A stretch of DNA of 64,000 bases, from positions 551,159-615,158 of the forward strand of contig CAWBPM010000002.1 in NCBI GenBank assembly GCA_963790825.1, in the 5' to 3' direction. The notes beneath the pieces were generated by a model. The model saw only the letters and a program-made list of their open reading frames with translations, made no database searches and was not told where the DNA came from. Below are positions 8,217 to 17,889 of this stretch, piece by piece. A program made the translations under genes and the position numbers. Each line of letters opens with the position of its first letter. Position 1 is the stretch's first letter. The stretch comes from Candidatus Levyibacteriota bacterium. GTDB lineage: Bacteria > Patescibacteriota > Microgenomatia > Levybacterales > UBA12049.

Positions 8217-8621
8217 TTACGCGGGGTAGGATTTTAATTCTAAATATCGGCTGGTTTCTTTTTTGACTAAAGTTCTATCCAGAATCCTACGAGCTGAATC
8301 AACTACTTGCATATTATCTCGGTGGTTTCTCACCCAAATATTGTCAAATTGGGTTTCTTTCCGAGCAAACTTTCTCGCCTGAACCGGATCCTGATCTTTA
8401 CCAATACCAGCCGCAACCTCCGTAGCAAGCTCGAAAGTTGCTCTCGCAATTATTCTATTTCTAATTGTATTTTCTGCGCGTTCTCCAGCTAAATACGGGA
8501 TAATTCTCTCCAGTAACGAAGGTTCTTCCCCATGGTCTTTATACACTGCTTGACTTGCATTTTCGCCTTTAAAAAATGGTACGACTCTATTTAATACTTG
8601 CGGAAACTCAACTTTTGACAT
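8217..8621 (-). CDS. Hypothetical protein
   Basis: ORF with an internal repeat (LNRVVPFFKGENA / LERIIPYLAGERA); its 3' end is duplicated at 2054-2134. Confidence 0.7.
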   Translation of the reverse strand: MSKVEFPQVLNRVVPFFKGENASQAVYKDHGEEPSLLERIIPYLAGERAENTIRNRIIARATFELATEVAAGIGKDQDPVQARKFARKETQFDNIWVRNHRDNMQVVDSARRILDRTLVKKETSRYLELKSYPA

Positions 8622-8713
8622 TATCCTAATTTACTAGATTAATATGTTAAATGTCAAGTGTTTTAATTGAATAAAAATTAATAAAAATGTATTATATTTG
8701 AACTTTCTTGTTC

Positions 8714-9220
8714 TCATTTTTCGTAGTATCCATGATAACGTATTGCTCTTACCTGTTCCCCTTGGTTATACGATACTCGACAATCAAGATTGGGTAGACT
8801 ATTACGAAAGATATTCCACCATAATACATCCCCAAATATGCCCTGGCTCGGCAAGGGATGAACAGTAGTATCCCAGTGGGAATGAGAAAAAATACTGAGA
8901 ATTACCGGATTTGCCAATTTACATAATGCAGCAGAAACGGTATCCGGATCTATTCCCAATCCCTCCCCTTTAATTATTTCTGTTCCCTTTGCTGATTTTA
9001 CAAACCCATATTCTCTTTCTTCTCGTTTGCTTTTTTCCATTAATTCCTCCTCTTCGACTAACGGATTTACTAACTGAAAAATAATGTTTTGGCTATAAAT
9101 TCTTATACCCGTAGGTGTGCTGGCTAGTATTTCATAACATCTTTCTGCATTTCCCTCTTTATATGCAGCGTCGAGCGACAAAATTCGCAGAGGTTTTATG
9201 TTTTCTGGGTTTTTTAACAT
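8714..9220 (-). CDS. JAB/MPN-like metalloprotease domain protein
   Basis: REYG...HSH...PS....GD resembles the JAMM motif with longer spacers; start revised to MLKNPE. Confidence 0.5.
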   Translation of the reverse strand: MLKNPENIKPLRILSLDAAYKEGNAERCYEILASTPTGIRIYSQNIIFQLVNPLVEEEELMEKSKREEREYGFVKSAKGTEIIKGEGLGIDPDTVSAALCKLANPVILSIFSHSHWDTTVHPLPSQGIFGDVLWWNIFRNSLPNLDCRVSYNQGEQVRAIRYHGYYEK

Positions 9221-9464
9221 AGGACACATTATAACATTTGTTCGTTTTTTGGAGTTTTATAAAAGTTGTAGCTACCATTTTCCTAGGTTTATGTGTGCAT
9301 TGAAACAAAGCTTGTTAAAAAATTTGGGCTTGTTTCCATGAGTACAGATAAATAAGAACAATATTTCTGGGCGTGCATTATTTTTAATGACAATTTGAAA
9401 CCGACACTTGACTACTTAAGTAATATAGTATTACAGTTTAGATAGAGTGAGGAGGTGATAATAA

Positions 9465-9659
9465 ATGGCTGAAGATAAACAAATGCATGCACATAAGGGT
9501 GGGCACTTCCTCTTTACGCTTGGTATCCTTGCCGTTGTTTACGGTATTACCCAGTATCTTATGGTAGGTCTTAACTGGCCTTCTTACGGAGCATGGATTG
9601 CAGGAGGAGTTTTGCTGCTTCTGGTTGCATGGTGGAAAAAGAGTAGGATGGCAAAATAA
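9465..9659 (+). CDS. Small two-TM membrane protein
   Basis: Strong SD GGAGGTGA; two hydrophobic helices. Confidence 0.75.
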   Translation: MAEDKQMHAHKGGHFLFTLGILAVVYGITQYLMVGLNWPSYGAWIAGGVLLLLVAWWKKSRMAK

Positions 9660-9779
9660 TGATCCATTCTAATGCTTAGTATAATATGGTGAAACATATT
9701 AAGTAGTAGTTTTTGTGATTTTTTAAAAACTTCCTTTTCGTTACTTTTTTTTACGGAGAAAGAAGAGAAAAATAGTAAT

Positions 9780-10571
9780 TTAGTTAACGACTCGTTTATG
9801 CTGATGATTCCCTATGTGTTCTCTGCAGTAACAGGTTGTCGGAGTGCACTCATTGCAGTAGCGGATATCCATATCGGGATTATCTATCTCATTCTTTCCG
9901 CAAACGCCGCAGACATGAAAAGGTATTGCCTTATGGAGCTTAATTTTCGACTTAGATGCGCTGCCCCGATAAACCGTCCGAGCGGTATATCGTAAATCGT
10001 CGTGGAAAAAGAGAAAAAAATTACTGATTGAAAGAAGCGTTAATACTTTTGTTTCGAGTGTTCCAAATATAAATGATGCAATCAGTCCAAGCCAAAGTAA
10101 ATACCCAAGCCATTTGACACGCACAGGAATAATAAAGAATAGTAATAGTTGAAACTCCGGATATAAGTACGTGAACGCCAAAAATAATGACACATAAATA
10201 AATGCATTTGATACTTGGATATCCGGAAAAAGCAATGCGGCTACTATCGTTCCCAAGTATGCTATTGAAATATAAATAATATAGCGAAAAGCCCCCCACT
10301 CGTTCTCAAGCGCCGTAGCGAAAAGATAAAAGAAATACCAGGCGAAAATAACAAAAATGAGACTTGACGAAACCGGCGCGAAAAGAATAGTAAAAAGTCT
10401 CCACACCTGTCCATGCAAAAGCTCTGCCCCTGTCAAATGGAAATATGATGCGAGGTCAGGACGAGAATACACCATAACATAACTTAACACTTGACCGATC
10501 AGTAAAATTTTCGTCGGATTTTCAGGAAAATATTTCCCGAACTTTCGCTCAAGAGTGCTCAGTATCGCCAT
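9780..10571 (-). CDS. Rhomboid/Derlin-like membrane protein with C-terminal Zn finger
   Basis: GQVWRLFT, ALENEWG, FFIIPVRVKWLG; C-terminal CxxC...RYCxxC...YCREH. Confidence 0.8.
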   Translation of the reverse strand: MAILSTLERKFGKYFPENPTKILLIGQVLSYVMVYSRPDLASYFHLTGAELLHGQVWRLFTILFAPVSSSLIFVIFAWYFFYLFATALENEWGAFRYIIYISIAYLGTIVAALLFPDIQVSNAFIYVSLFLAFTYLYPEFQLLLFFIIPVRVKWLGYLLWLGLIASFIFGTLETKVLTLLSISNFFLFFHDDLRYTARTVYRGSASKSKIKLHKAIPFHVCGVCGKNEIDNPDMDIRYCNECTPTTCYCREHIGNHQHKRVVN

Positions 10572-10612
10572 ATTCGAATTGTATCACGGATAGATCAAAT
10601 TTGTGGCAATTC

Positions 10613-11257
10613 CTACCCTGGCTGCTTCCCATCTAAGAGATAAAGCAAATACGCTTCCAGAAGAATTGTAGGAGAAAAATCACCAATTGGTTTATCTGTT
10701 GGCGTAAGCATAATCCTTCGTCCATTTTTTTCTGCCTCAATAAAACACCCTTCCCTGATACTTGAATTATAACTGCCGAAAGGCGCAGGATTTTCGTATT
10801 CAACTATATATTCACACTCTCTCTTTAAATACTCCTGCCGTTCTTTCTCTGCTTTTTGTTCAGATTTTTCTTTAAATTGTTCATACTCCGGTGATGTCTC
10901 GTCAGGAGTACCCTCATCATATGCCTCCTCAAAATGTCTCGCTGCTTCGATAATGTCTGTCCATTCCCGACACAATATTGGCTGCTCTACTCCCATAGCC
11001 CTAGTAGTTTCCAGAAAATGGAGAAGAAAATCGTTCAACGGATACGTCTTGCTAAGTGTCACGCTCAATTTTCGATCATATTCGCTCCTCAATGTATTTC
11101 GAAATCCGACAATTTTAAAATCAGGTGTGGGTGCATCGTTCCTCCTTGCTTCTCGTGCGAGCACAGTTGCAGCCCATCTATCACTTACTACCAGATTTTC
11201 TGGGACTTGAGGGATACTTTGTATGACTTTGCCAATCCTCTGTTCAGCGTTTCTCAT
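10613..11257 (-). CDS. Hypothetical protein
   Basis: 214-aa ORF with no recognised motif. Confidence 0.65.
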   Translation of the reverse strand: MRNAEQRIGKVIQSIPQVPENLVVSDRWAATVLAREARRNDAPTPDFKIVGFRNTLRSEYDRKLSVTLSKTYPLNDFLLHFLETTRAMGVEQPILCREWTDIIEAARHFEEAYDEGTPDETSPEYEQFKEKSEQKAEKERQEYLKRECEYIVEYENPAPFGSYNSSIREGCFIEAEKNGRRIMLTPTDKPIGDFSPTILLEAYLLYLLDGKQPG

Positions 11258-11373
11258 TGATTAGACGGTATTGTATAAAACATTATAAGTATTTGCAATT
11301 ACCACTCTTTCTCCCCTTTAATTGACTTCATAAGTCTTCTATATTCCTGCGGAAGAATCCTGCGTATTCTCTC

Positions 11374-12870
11374 TTATCTAAAATTGCTGATTTTATATTT
11401 CTGAACAAGAGTCTGGTTTTTTGGAACATTTCGCACCAGAATAACCATTTGATTATCCCGGTAAATCGGAATAAAGTTTTTATCTTTCCCGATACTGGTA
11501 ATAAAATTGTAGGTAGGAAAAGTCCTCGCAACTATGATCGAATTGATATTGTATTTTCGAGCTTGAGCGTCAAAAAATGTAGGATCAGATAGCATTTTAT
11601 TGTAATCATTCCAGAAAGACGGAGGGAATGCATCATGCACGGCAAAAACAAAATCTTTTTCCTTCGGATATAATTTATATGTCGCATATCCACTGCTATC
11701 ATAATCATTAAATACCGGTCCCTGGATATTATTTGCGAGATAGAAATTAAATCCTTTCTCAAAATCCTGTTCAAAATATAATCCTAAATTACCCGATGCT
11801 TGTGTTATTTCTATCATCACAACGACAAAAACACCAAGACCGACAACTGTCATAAATGGCTTGTACATACCTGGAATTTTTACTCTTATTTTTTTGTCCA
11901 GTTCCTTAAAACACAATGCGAATGGGATTAAAGTAAGAAGCGCGAAAACTGCTTCAAGTCGCATAATAGCAATTGACAGAATTGATAAAAATAGTGAGAG
12001 CAGTAAATGTCTTATGGGAATTTTTTTGTAAAAAGGTATGATAAGTGCAAAAAAAAGAACAAATGAGACTGTGAATGTTATTATGCTCATCTTGAAGATT
12101 AAAGGAATAACCGACCAGTCGGTATTTGATAAAAAATGAAGCAGTGATTCTTGCTCGTCGTTATATGTTCCATAGTAATTTGATGAGGTAATCGGTAAAA
12201 ATACGGCTTTGCTAAAAAACGGGTTAAGAAACATGGCAAATACTGTTAAGAGAAAGCTCACAATAATAGACTTATTTATCTTTTGTCTATGCAGAATAAT
12301 GTTTTCGACAAGATATGATCCAAGTATGATCGGCCCGAAAATAAAAAACCCGTGTGTGTTTACCCATATTACTTCAAGAATCGGCAAGAGATATAGTAGG
12401 AACGTATTTTTATGATCATCGTATTTTTCAATAATCCGAATGAAAATTGCTAAAAAAAGATAAGAAAAGATTTCCGGCCGGGCTCTAAAGCGTAATAAAA
12501 ATGTCGTCACTGCGAGTATCATGATTGAGGCAGTCCAGAATGAAAATCCTCCCTTTTTTAAAGCAAGCCAATACACCAGAGCAAAACTTGCAAAAATACA
12601 AAGTACCTCTAGCCATAAGATACTCGTAAGACCGAAAGACGTACTTGAGAGATAAAATACCGCTTCCGACAGCCATTCGTTCTGCACCCAGGGATAATTA
12701 GGATATGTATAAGAAAGAGTGTTAACACCCGGAACGCAATGACAGGCAAGAATAATCTTTCCCATTGTCAGATGTCTGCCGAGTTCTAAAATTGAAGATC
12801 TGTCTATTTGTAAGAGAAGAATGAATAGATAAAACAGGGGGGGAAGAAAAATCAATGATTTTTTAAACAC
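11374..12870 (-). CDS. GT-C-fold-like multi-pass membrane protein (putative glycosyltransferase)
   Basis: HL.mG...SYT...W...EWL, RPEIFS, WVNTHG, LNP, FNDY..GY motifs. Confidence 0.7.
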   Translation of the reverse strand: MFKKSLIFLPPLFYLFILLLQIDRSSILELGRHLTMGKIILACHCVPGVNTLSYTYPNYPWVQNEWLSEAVFYLSSTSFGLTSILWLEVLCIFASFALVYWLALKKGGFSFWTASIMILAVTTFLLRFRARPEIFSYLFLAIFIRIIEKYDDHKNTFLLYLLPILEVIWVNTHGFFIFGPIILGSYLVENIILHRQKINKSIIVSFLLTVFAMFLNPFFSKAVFLPITSSNYYGTYNDEQESLLHFLSNTDWSVIPLIFKMSIITFTVSFVLFFALIIPFYKKIPIRHLLLSLFLSILSIAIMRLEAVFALLTLIPFALCFKELDKKIRVKIPGMYKPFMTVVGLGVFVVVMIEITQASGNLGLYFEQDFEKGFNFYLANNIQGPVFNDYDSSGYATYKLYPKEKDFVFAVHDAFPPSFWNDYNKMLSDPTFFDAQARKYNINSIIVARTFPTYNFITSIGKDKNFIPIYRDNQMVILVRNVPKNQTLVQKYKISNFR

Positions 12871-13007
12871 AGATTTACTTTAGCATCATTATCTTTCATC
12901 TTCAATGTATAATTTCTTCTCTTTTTTACTTCTATTAAGCCAGGTTCAAGTGGTGTATTATCTAAGTAGTTATATTTCGATAAATTTAGCAAAACACTTA
13001 TCTAGTT

Positions 13008-14441
13008 ATGTACTCAAAAGTGAACACTTTTCTAAGTAGTATTAAATCAAAAGTAAAAAAAATTTACTCTTCCTGCGCTTTGCTAAAGCAAAAAACTTGG
13101 CAAAGTGCAGTAAGTATCGTTTCTAAGATTACAAAAAATTGGCGTAGTGTTCCTCAGGGAATTAAATCGCTTAATGTCTCTAGTTTACCCCGACTTAGAA
13201 GAGATTCGCCAACACGAACAGCATCATATCTTATGAGACATAAAATTTTGCTTATTGTTACAGGTTTTTTAGTTTTGTTTGTTGTAGGAGCATTGTGGTT
13301 TAGATCTTATGCTCTCTCTAAAATGAAACCGCCTCCGCAAATAGAAGGCGACAATTATTATTCCACTTCATCTAATCATCCGACTTCAGCTCCCGACAGC
13401 CCCACTCCAACAGGTAGCCCGACGCCTTCTGATAATAGTGTTTTGGGATCTTCTTACGATAGCGGCAGCGATTATTCTGTACCTTCGCCATATCCGACTC
13501 TTCCCCCGGTTCCAACACTTATTCCCCTGACCACGACCACATCCTCCACGAGTAATACTTCAGGAAATTCCAACTGCACGACCGGCTCAGGTACGCCGAA
13601 CTTATGGTATTCCGACGTTTATCCGAACCCTCCGATTAATGCGAGTAACGGTTCAGTAACGCTACAAGTTACCATCCGCGACTGTAATAAAAATACAGCG
13701 TCGGTAAATGATAATTTGACTATTTCACTCTCGTCGAGCGATTCAACTGCCCGCGTTAACGGTTCCACGCCGCCTGTAAATATTCAGGCATCAAACGGTC
13801 AGGCCAGTTTCACTGTCAGTTCTCAAAATACGACAAACGACACATTTGTCGTGCAGGACACTACAAGCTCGTTTACTATAACCAATACAAATAACAATAA
13901 CCCTAGTGTTTCTTTCACGAACAATAATAGTTCCACAAACTCCATTACAAACTCTAACTGCACTACCGTCTCAGGTACGCCGAACTCATGGTACTCTGAT
14001 GCCTATCCCGCGTCTCCGGTTTCTGCTACCACCGGCTCACCGGTAACTTTTACTGTTGATATCCGTGACTGCGCTAAAAATACGGTGTCTTCTGATAGTA
14101 TCACAATTTCTCAAACCTCGAGCGATTCCAGTCTGACTATCAATGGCTCTGCCCCACCGGTAACGATTCAGGTATCAAACGGTCAGGGAAGCTTCACGGT
14201 TAATTCGCAAAACGCCGGGACAGACATACTCTCAGTTCAAGATACGACAAGTTCATTCGGGATAACCGATACGAATAATAATAATCCCCAGATTGTTTTT
14301 AGCGGCTCATCGACAAGTACTCCAACCCCGACGCCAAATCCTGCAAATACTTCTACCCCGACTCCATCTCAAGCAGCAACTCCTACTCCCACACCTACCA
14401 ATTCCCCAACCCCAAGTTCACCAACTCCTACCCTGCACTAA
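13008..14441 (+). CDS. Membrane-anchored protein with two tandem Ig-like (Big-1/invasin-like) repeats and PT-rich linkers
   Basis: Duplicated unit of about 128 aa (NSNCTT.SGTPN.WYSD.YP...IRDC.KN...NGQ.SFTV); true start may be MRHKIL. Confidence 0.7.
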   Translation: MYSKVNTFLSSIKSKVKKIYSSCALLKQKTWQSAVSIVSKITKNWRSVPQGIKSLNVSSLPRLRRDSPTRTASYLMRHKILLIVTGFLVLFVVGALWFRSYALSKMKPPPQIEGDNYYSTSSNHPTSAPDSPTPTGSPTPSDNSVLGSSYDSGSDYSVPSPYPTLPPVPTLIPLTTTTSSTSNTSGNSNCTTGSGTPNLWYSDVYPNPPINASNGSVTLQVTIRDCNKNTASVNDNLTISLSSSDSTARVNGSTPPVNIQASNGQASFTVSSQNTTNDTFVVQDTTSSFTITNTNNNNPSVSFTNNNSSTNSITNSNCTTVSGTPNSWYSDAYPASPVSATTGSPVTFTVDIRDCAKNTVSSDSITISQTSSDSSLTINGSAPPVTIQVSNGQGSFTVNSQNAGTDILSVQDTTSSFGITDTNNNNPQIVFSGSSTSTPTPTPNPANTSTPTPSQAATPTPTPTNSPTPSSPTPTLH

Positions 14442-14496
14442 CTAATACTACATCTGTAAGTTCAGTGGTTCGATGTTTAAACCCGGGGTTTTGTAA

Positions 14497-15117
14497 TTAT
14501 TGACTTAATGATGAATCAGTAAATTTCCAGATCTGTATCTGTGATATTTTAGAAGGAGATTTACAGACAGGAAAGGGAATCAACTTTTTACCATTTTTAT
14601 CCTGAAATACGATAAGGTTGGTATCGGGAAATGTGTATTCAAATCCAATCGGTACCGTATGAATACCTTCCGCGCAAAGCGAGCTGTACGAATATTGATA
14701 TTTGGTGGTTAATGTTTTATTGGGATTTATGCTTATGTTGTTACTACCTTTATCAGTAATGTTAGTCACTTCGACAATAGAGATATTATTATTGTTAAGC
14801 ATATCTGTATAAACTATTGCAAATTTGTCCGTTTCATTTACTAAGCAGGTTTGGGAAGTTATATTTTTAACGGTCAGCTCGCCGTTAATACTTTTACCAT
14901 TATCATTTTCCGTCACTTCTCCTCTTAGATCATTCTCATCGCAAGGTTTTGCAGTTGGAGCTTGTGTAGCTGTTAATCCAAATGCACCCGACCGAGGCGA
15001 GATTTGCTTATTATTATTGCCTTGCTTTTCCAGAAAGAGTAGTGGGATTAATCCACCTACCAGACCTCCGAGCAATAAAAAGGCTATAATTAATACGACT
15101 CCCCTTTTAATACTCAT
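14497..15117 (-). CDS. Exported protein, DUF4232-like
   Basis: TM anchor, PCDENDL...LTVKNITSQTCLV. Confidence 0.55.
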   Translation of the reverse strand: MSIKRGVVLIIAFLLLGGLVGGLIPLLFLEKQGNNNKQISPRSGAFGLTATQAPTAKPCDENDLRGEVTENDNGKSINGELTVKNITSQTCLVNETDKFAIVYTDMLNNNNISIVEVTNITDKGSNNISINPNKTLTTKYQYSYSSLCAEGIHTVPIGFEYTFPDTNLIVFQDKNGKKLIPFPVCKSPSKISQIQIWKFTDSSLSQ

Positions 15118-15263
15118 TCTAAAATTATAACAGCTGCCTGTGAAAATAACACAATCCTGTTTGATATAGTTAGTAGTAAATTTTGATGATAAAATGGGAC
15201 TCCCTTACGTTTACGTACCTCGAATGCATTTTCTGAAATCAGATGATATTTACGAGATAATAT

Positions 15264-15626
15264 TTATTTGAATAATCTGCTAAAGGGCTGGTGGCGTAAG
15301 GGTATATTTTTTATTTCTTCGGGCGTAAACCATTCAACATCAAGCAACTCTTCTTTATCCCAGTTTATATCTCCACCAATAACATTTGCTGAAAAAATAT
15401 GTATTTCAGCAATATCCTTATAATTATCGGTAAATACCTCATCTTCAACTTCTAAATATAACCCGGTTTCTTCCTCCCCTTCCCGTCTCGCTGCCTGTTT
15501 TAATGTTTCGCCTTTATTGACATGTCCTGACGGCAAATTCCAAAGTTTATATGCCCGTTGTTGTTTTTCCTGTACAAGTATGAATTTACCATTCTTTTTT
15601 ACTAAAACACCTGCTATGAGTTCCAT
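15264..15626 (-). CDS. NUDIX hydrolase
   Basis: Nudix box GHVNKGETLKQAARREGEEETG. Confidence 0.95.
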   Translation of the reverse strand: MELIAGVLVKKNGKFILVQEKQQRAYKLWNLPSGHVNKGETLKQAARREGEEETGLYLEVEDEVFTDNYKDIAEIHIFSANVIGGDINWDKEELLDVEWFTPEEIKNIPLRHQPFSRLFK

Positions 15627-15665
15627 GAGAGAATTATACCAGAAGTTATATTAAGAATTCAGTTG

Positions 15666-16747
15666 TGTATGCGTCACGCACTTATTGGAATCTTGGCTTG
15701 TATAAAGGACATAGGCGACATATATTTAAGCGAAGCATGTGGCCTCTTATAGTTATACCAGTATAAATACTTTGTGAGCTTTTTTGCAAATGCTTCTGAG
15801 TCATAGTAAATCTCGTCATTTCTTAAAATGAATTCCTCCTGGATTGTCCGATTGAATCTCTCAATGTAACTATTAATCTTTGGCATTCTGGGATAGATAA
15901 ATTGATGTTTAATTTTCTGTTCAACTATATACTCATGGAATGATTTGAGAAACTCTGATCCATTATCTGTTTGGATTGTATGAATCGGTGTTGGATTATT
16001 GCACTGGAACTGCTTAAAAACCTCTCTTGCTGTTACTGAGGAGAGATCCGGTACATATACAACTAAGGCAAATTTTGTGTAAATATCAATCACACACATA
16101 AACAAATGTTTCTCAAAATTGATATAGACAACTACTGAATCCATCTCAATAAATCCAGGAGAAACTACCTTAGGAGACTTTCTCACTCTTAGCTTTTTGA
16201 ACTTGTTTTTTTGTTTCTGTGGGTAGACTTTCTTCTCAAATGTTAAGTGACGTCTTTTAAGTACTTTCCCAATAGTACTTTCTGCCAAGGTCTTAATACC
16301 CAGCTCTTTGGCATACGCATCAACAAAGGGCTTGAGCATACTTTTACCAATATTCCCATGCTCATGCCTCATCTCTCTAATGAACTCAATTATTCTCCAG
16401 TCTGTCTCCATCTTTCGCACATGGAGAGGTCTAGTTCCGTGTGGCACTAAACTGATTGTCCTTTTTCCGTTGTGTTCATAAGCATTTCTCCAGTTGTATA
16501 AGCTGCTCTTCTTTATTTTGAATGCAGCAAGGGTTGGACGCAGTCCATACTTGTAGTAGTGATTAATCACGTGAAGGCGAAAAGCAGCTACATCGGATAC
16601 TTCAACTGCTAATGAATTCTGGAGCATTTTCATCAGTATATGATAGCTCTTTTGTGAGTATTTTGGTCGTAAATGTCTTACTCGTTTAAAATCACTTGGC
16701 ATAGAATCTTCTTCCTTAAGATTCCAATATGTATCGTGACTTATTCA
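15666..16747 (-). mobile_element. IS481-like insertion sequence (1082 bp)
   Basis: Imperfect IRs TGTATGCGTCACGCACTTATTGGAATCTT / TGAATAAGTCACGATACATATTGGAATCTT; 5-bp target duplication AGTTG at 15661-15665 and 16748-16752. Confidence 0.9.
15674..16702 (-). CDS. DDE (rve integrase core) transposase
   Basis: EMDS...IDIYTK...QTDNGSEF...IERFNRTIQEE...YNYKRPHASL. Confidence 0.95.
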   Translation of the reverse strand: MPSDFKRVRHLRPKYSQKSYHILMKMLQNSLAVEVSDVAAFRLHVINHYYKYGLRPTLAAFKIKKSSLYNWRNAYEHNGKRTISLVPHGTRPLHVRKMETDWRIIEFIREMRHEHGNIGKSMLKPFVDAYAKELGIKTLAESTIGKVLKRRHLTFEKKVYPQKQKNKFKKLRVRKSPKVVSPGFIEMDSVVVYINFEKHLFMCVIDIYTKFALVVYVPDLSSVTAREVFKQFQCNNPTPIHTIQTDNGSEFLKSFHEYIVEQKIKHQFIYPRMPKINSYIERFNRTIQEEFILRNDEIYYDSEAFAKKLTKYLYWYNYKRPHASLKYMSPMSFIQAKIPISA

Positions 16748-16840
16748 AGTTGTTCAGCTCGTCTAGTTGAATGTGCGGGAAGCTACTTTCTGAATTACTG
16801 AGCTCCGCCTGATAGACAACGTTAGAGCCTACCACTTCGG

Positions 16841-17146
16841 TTATCTGAAAATTCTCAGAGAAAGCAAAACGAAGATTAGTATTGTAATTCCTGCAAAAAT
16901 TGCGAGAGTTTTAAGAAAAAGATTTACCGCATTTTTCTTGTGTCCATCCAGAAAAAGCAGGAGGGGCTGGTATAAAAATAGGTACCCCATCATAGCGGCA
17001 GATAACGTAAAAAGAGAAATCATCGCAACCGGTACGAGCAGAGAGTTTGCGGGACCAAATAAGTTCTTCCCATAAAACATCAATGAAGCAACAGCTGTGA
17101 TGTACAAAGTTGCTGCAATAGCGTTGATAAATGGATTTTTTGTCAT
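16841..17146 (-). CDS. Small three-TM membrane protein
   Basis: NPFINA...LSAAMMGYLF..P hydrophobic helices. Confidence 0.75.
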   Translation of the reverse strand: MTKNPFINAIAATLYITAVASLMFYGKNLFGPANSLLVPVAMISLFTLSAAMMGYLFLYQPLLLFLDGHKKNAVNLFLKTLAIFAGITILIFVLLSLRIFR

Positions 17147-17316
17147 CTCAATCTTATTATAACACTTCCAAAACCCAACTCCGCATCGGGAATAACATTA
17201 GAACCGTTATGGAGCATCAAGAAGAGTATTTTTATATTCCAGATTTAAAACCAGTCGCATAAGTTACCCCACCCTGCTACTCACTATCATTTTAAGGTGT
17301 ATAATACAACAGTAAT

Positions 17317-17802
17317 ATGGCTGGATTTGAAAGACTTCTAAGTCAAGGACTTGAAGCAGGCTATGCCGATGGAACACAACGAGAAGTTGTTCAGCGTGGT
17401 TCATTTCAAATGGAGACAAGTCAATATATTTCTCCTACAGGAGGCATCTATCGAGATGAATGGATTGCGGATAGGACAGGAGGAGGGCAAGAGATTGTTC
17501 AATCAGGCGAAGTGAGATATACACGATTATATGCGGGGGGAACAACTAGGATTGATGAATTATCAGCACTTGGATTAACCAAAAAGGATGTTACAAGATA
17601 TCTAAAGAAGAAGATTAAAGGCCTTGGAGAAAAAACTAGGCTTTCTACAAATTGCAACCCAGAGCCTGATGGTGATTGGCAATATACCTATACGCTGCGT
17701 GAACAAATAGATAATATTCCTTTAACGGTAGGTATGGAAACAATAACATTTAAGGGAACACTTGTCTTCGCTCACGCATTCTTGCATACTCCTGTTGAAT
17801 GA
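17317..17802 (+). CDS. DUF5680-like protein
   Basis: GYA...YRDEW...GGGQEIV...YAGG...GDWQYTY...G.ETI. Confidence 0.6.
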   Translation: MAGFERLLSQGLEAGYADGTQREVVQRGSFQMETSQYISPTGGIYRDEWIADRTGGGQEIVQSGEVRYTRLYAGGTTRIDELSALGLTKKDVTRYLKKKIKGLGEKTRLSTNCNPEPDGDWQYTYTLREQIDNIPLTVGMETITFKGTLVFAHAFLHTPVE

Positions 17803-17889
17803 GGTACATTTGCTCCTTGACTTCATGCACTTCGAACGCATTTTATGGAGAATGAGGATGAATATACCCAGGTTTTTTTGTAATTGAAG

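Noticed and set aside
2054-8289. Diversity-generating retroelement (TR/VR pairs at gene 3' ends)
   Set aside because: Mismatches are not confined to adenines in either copy, many are synonymous, and no reverse transcriptase is in the window.
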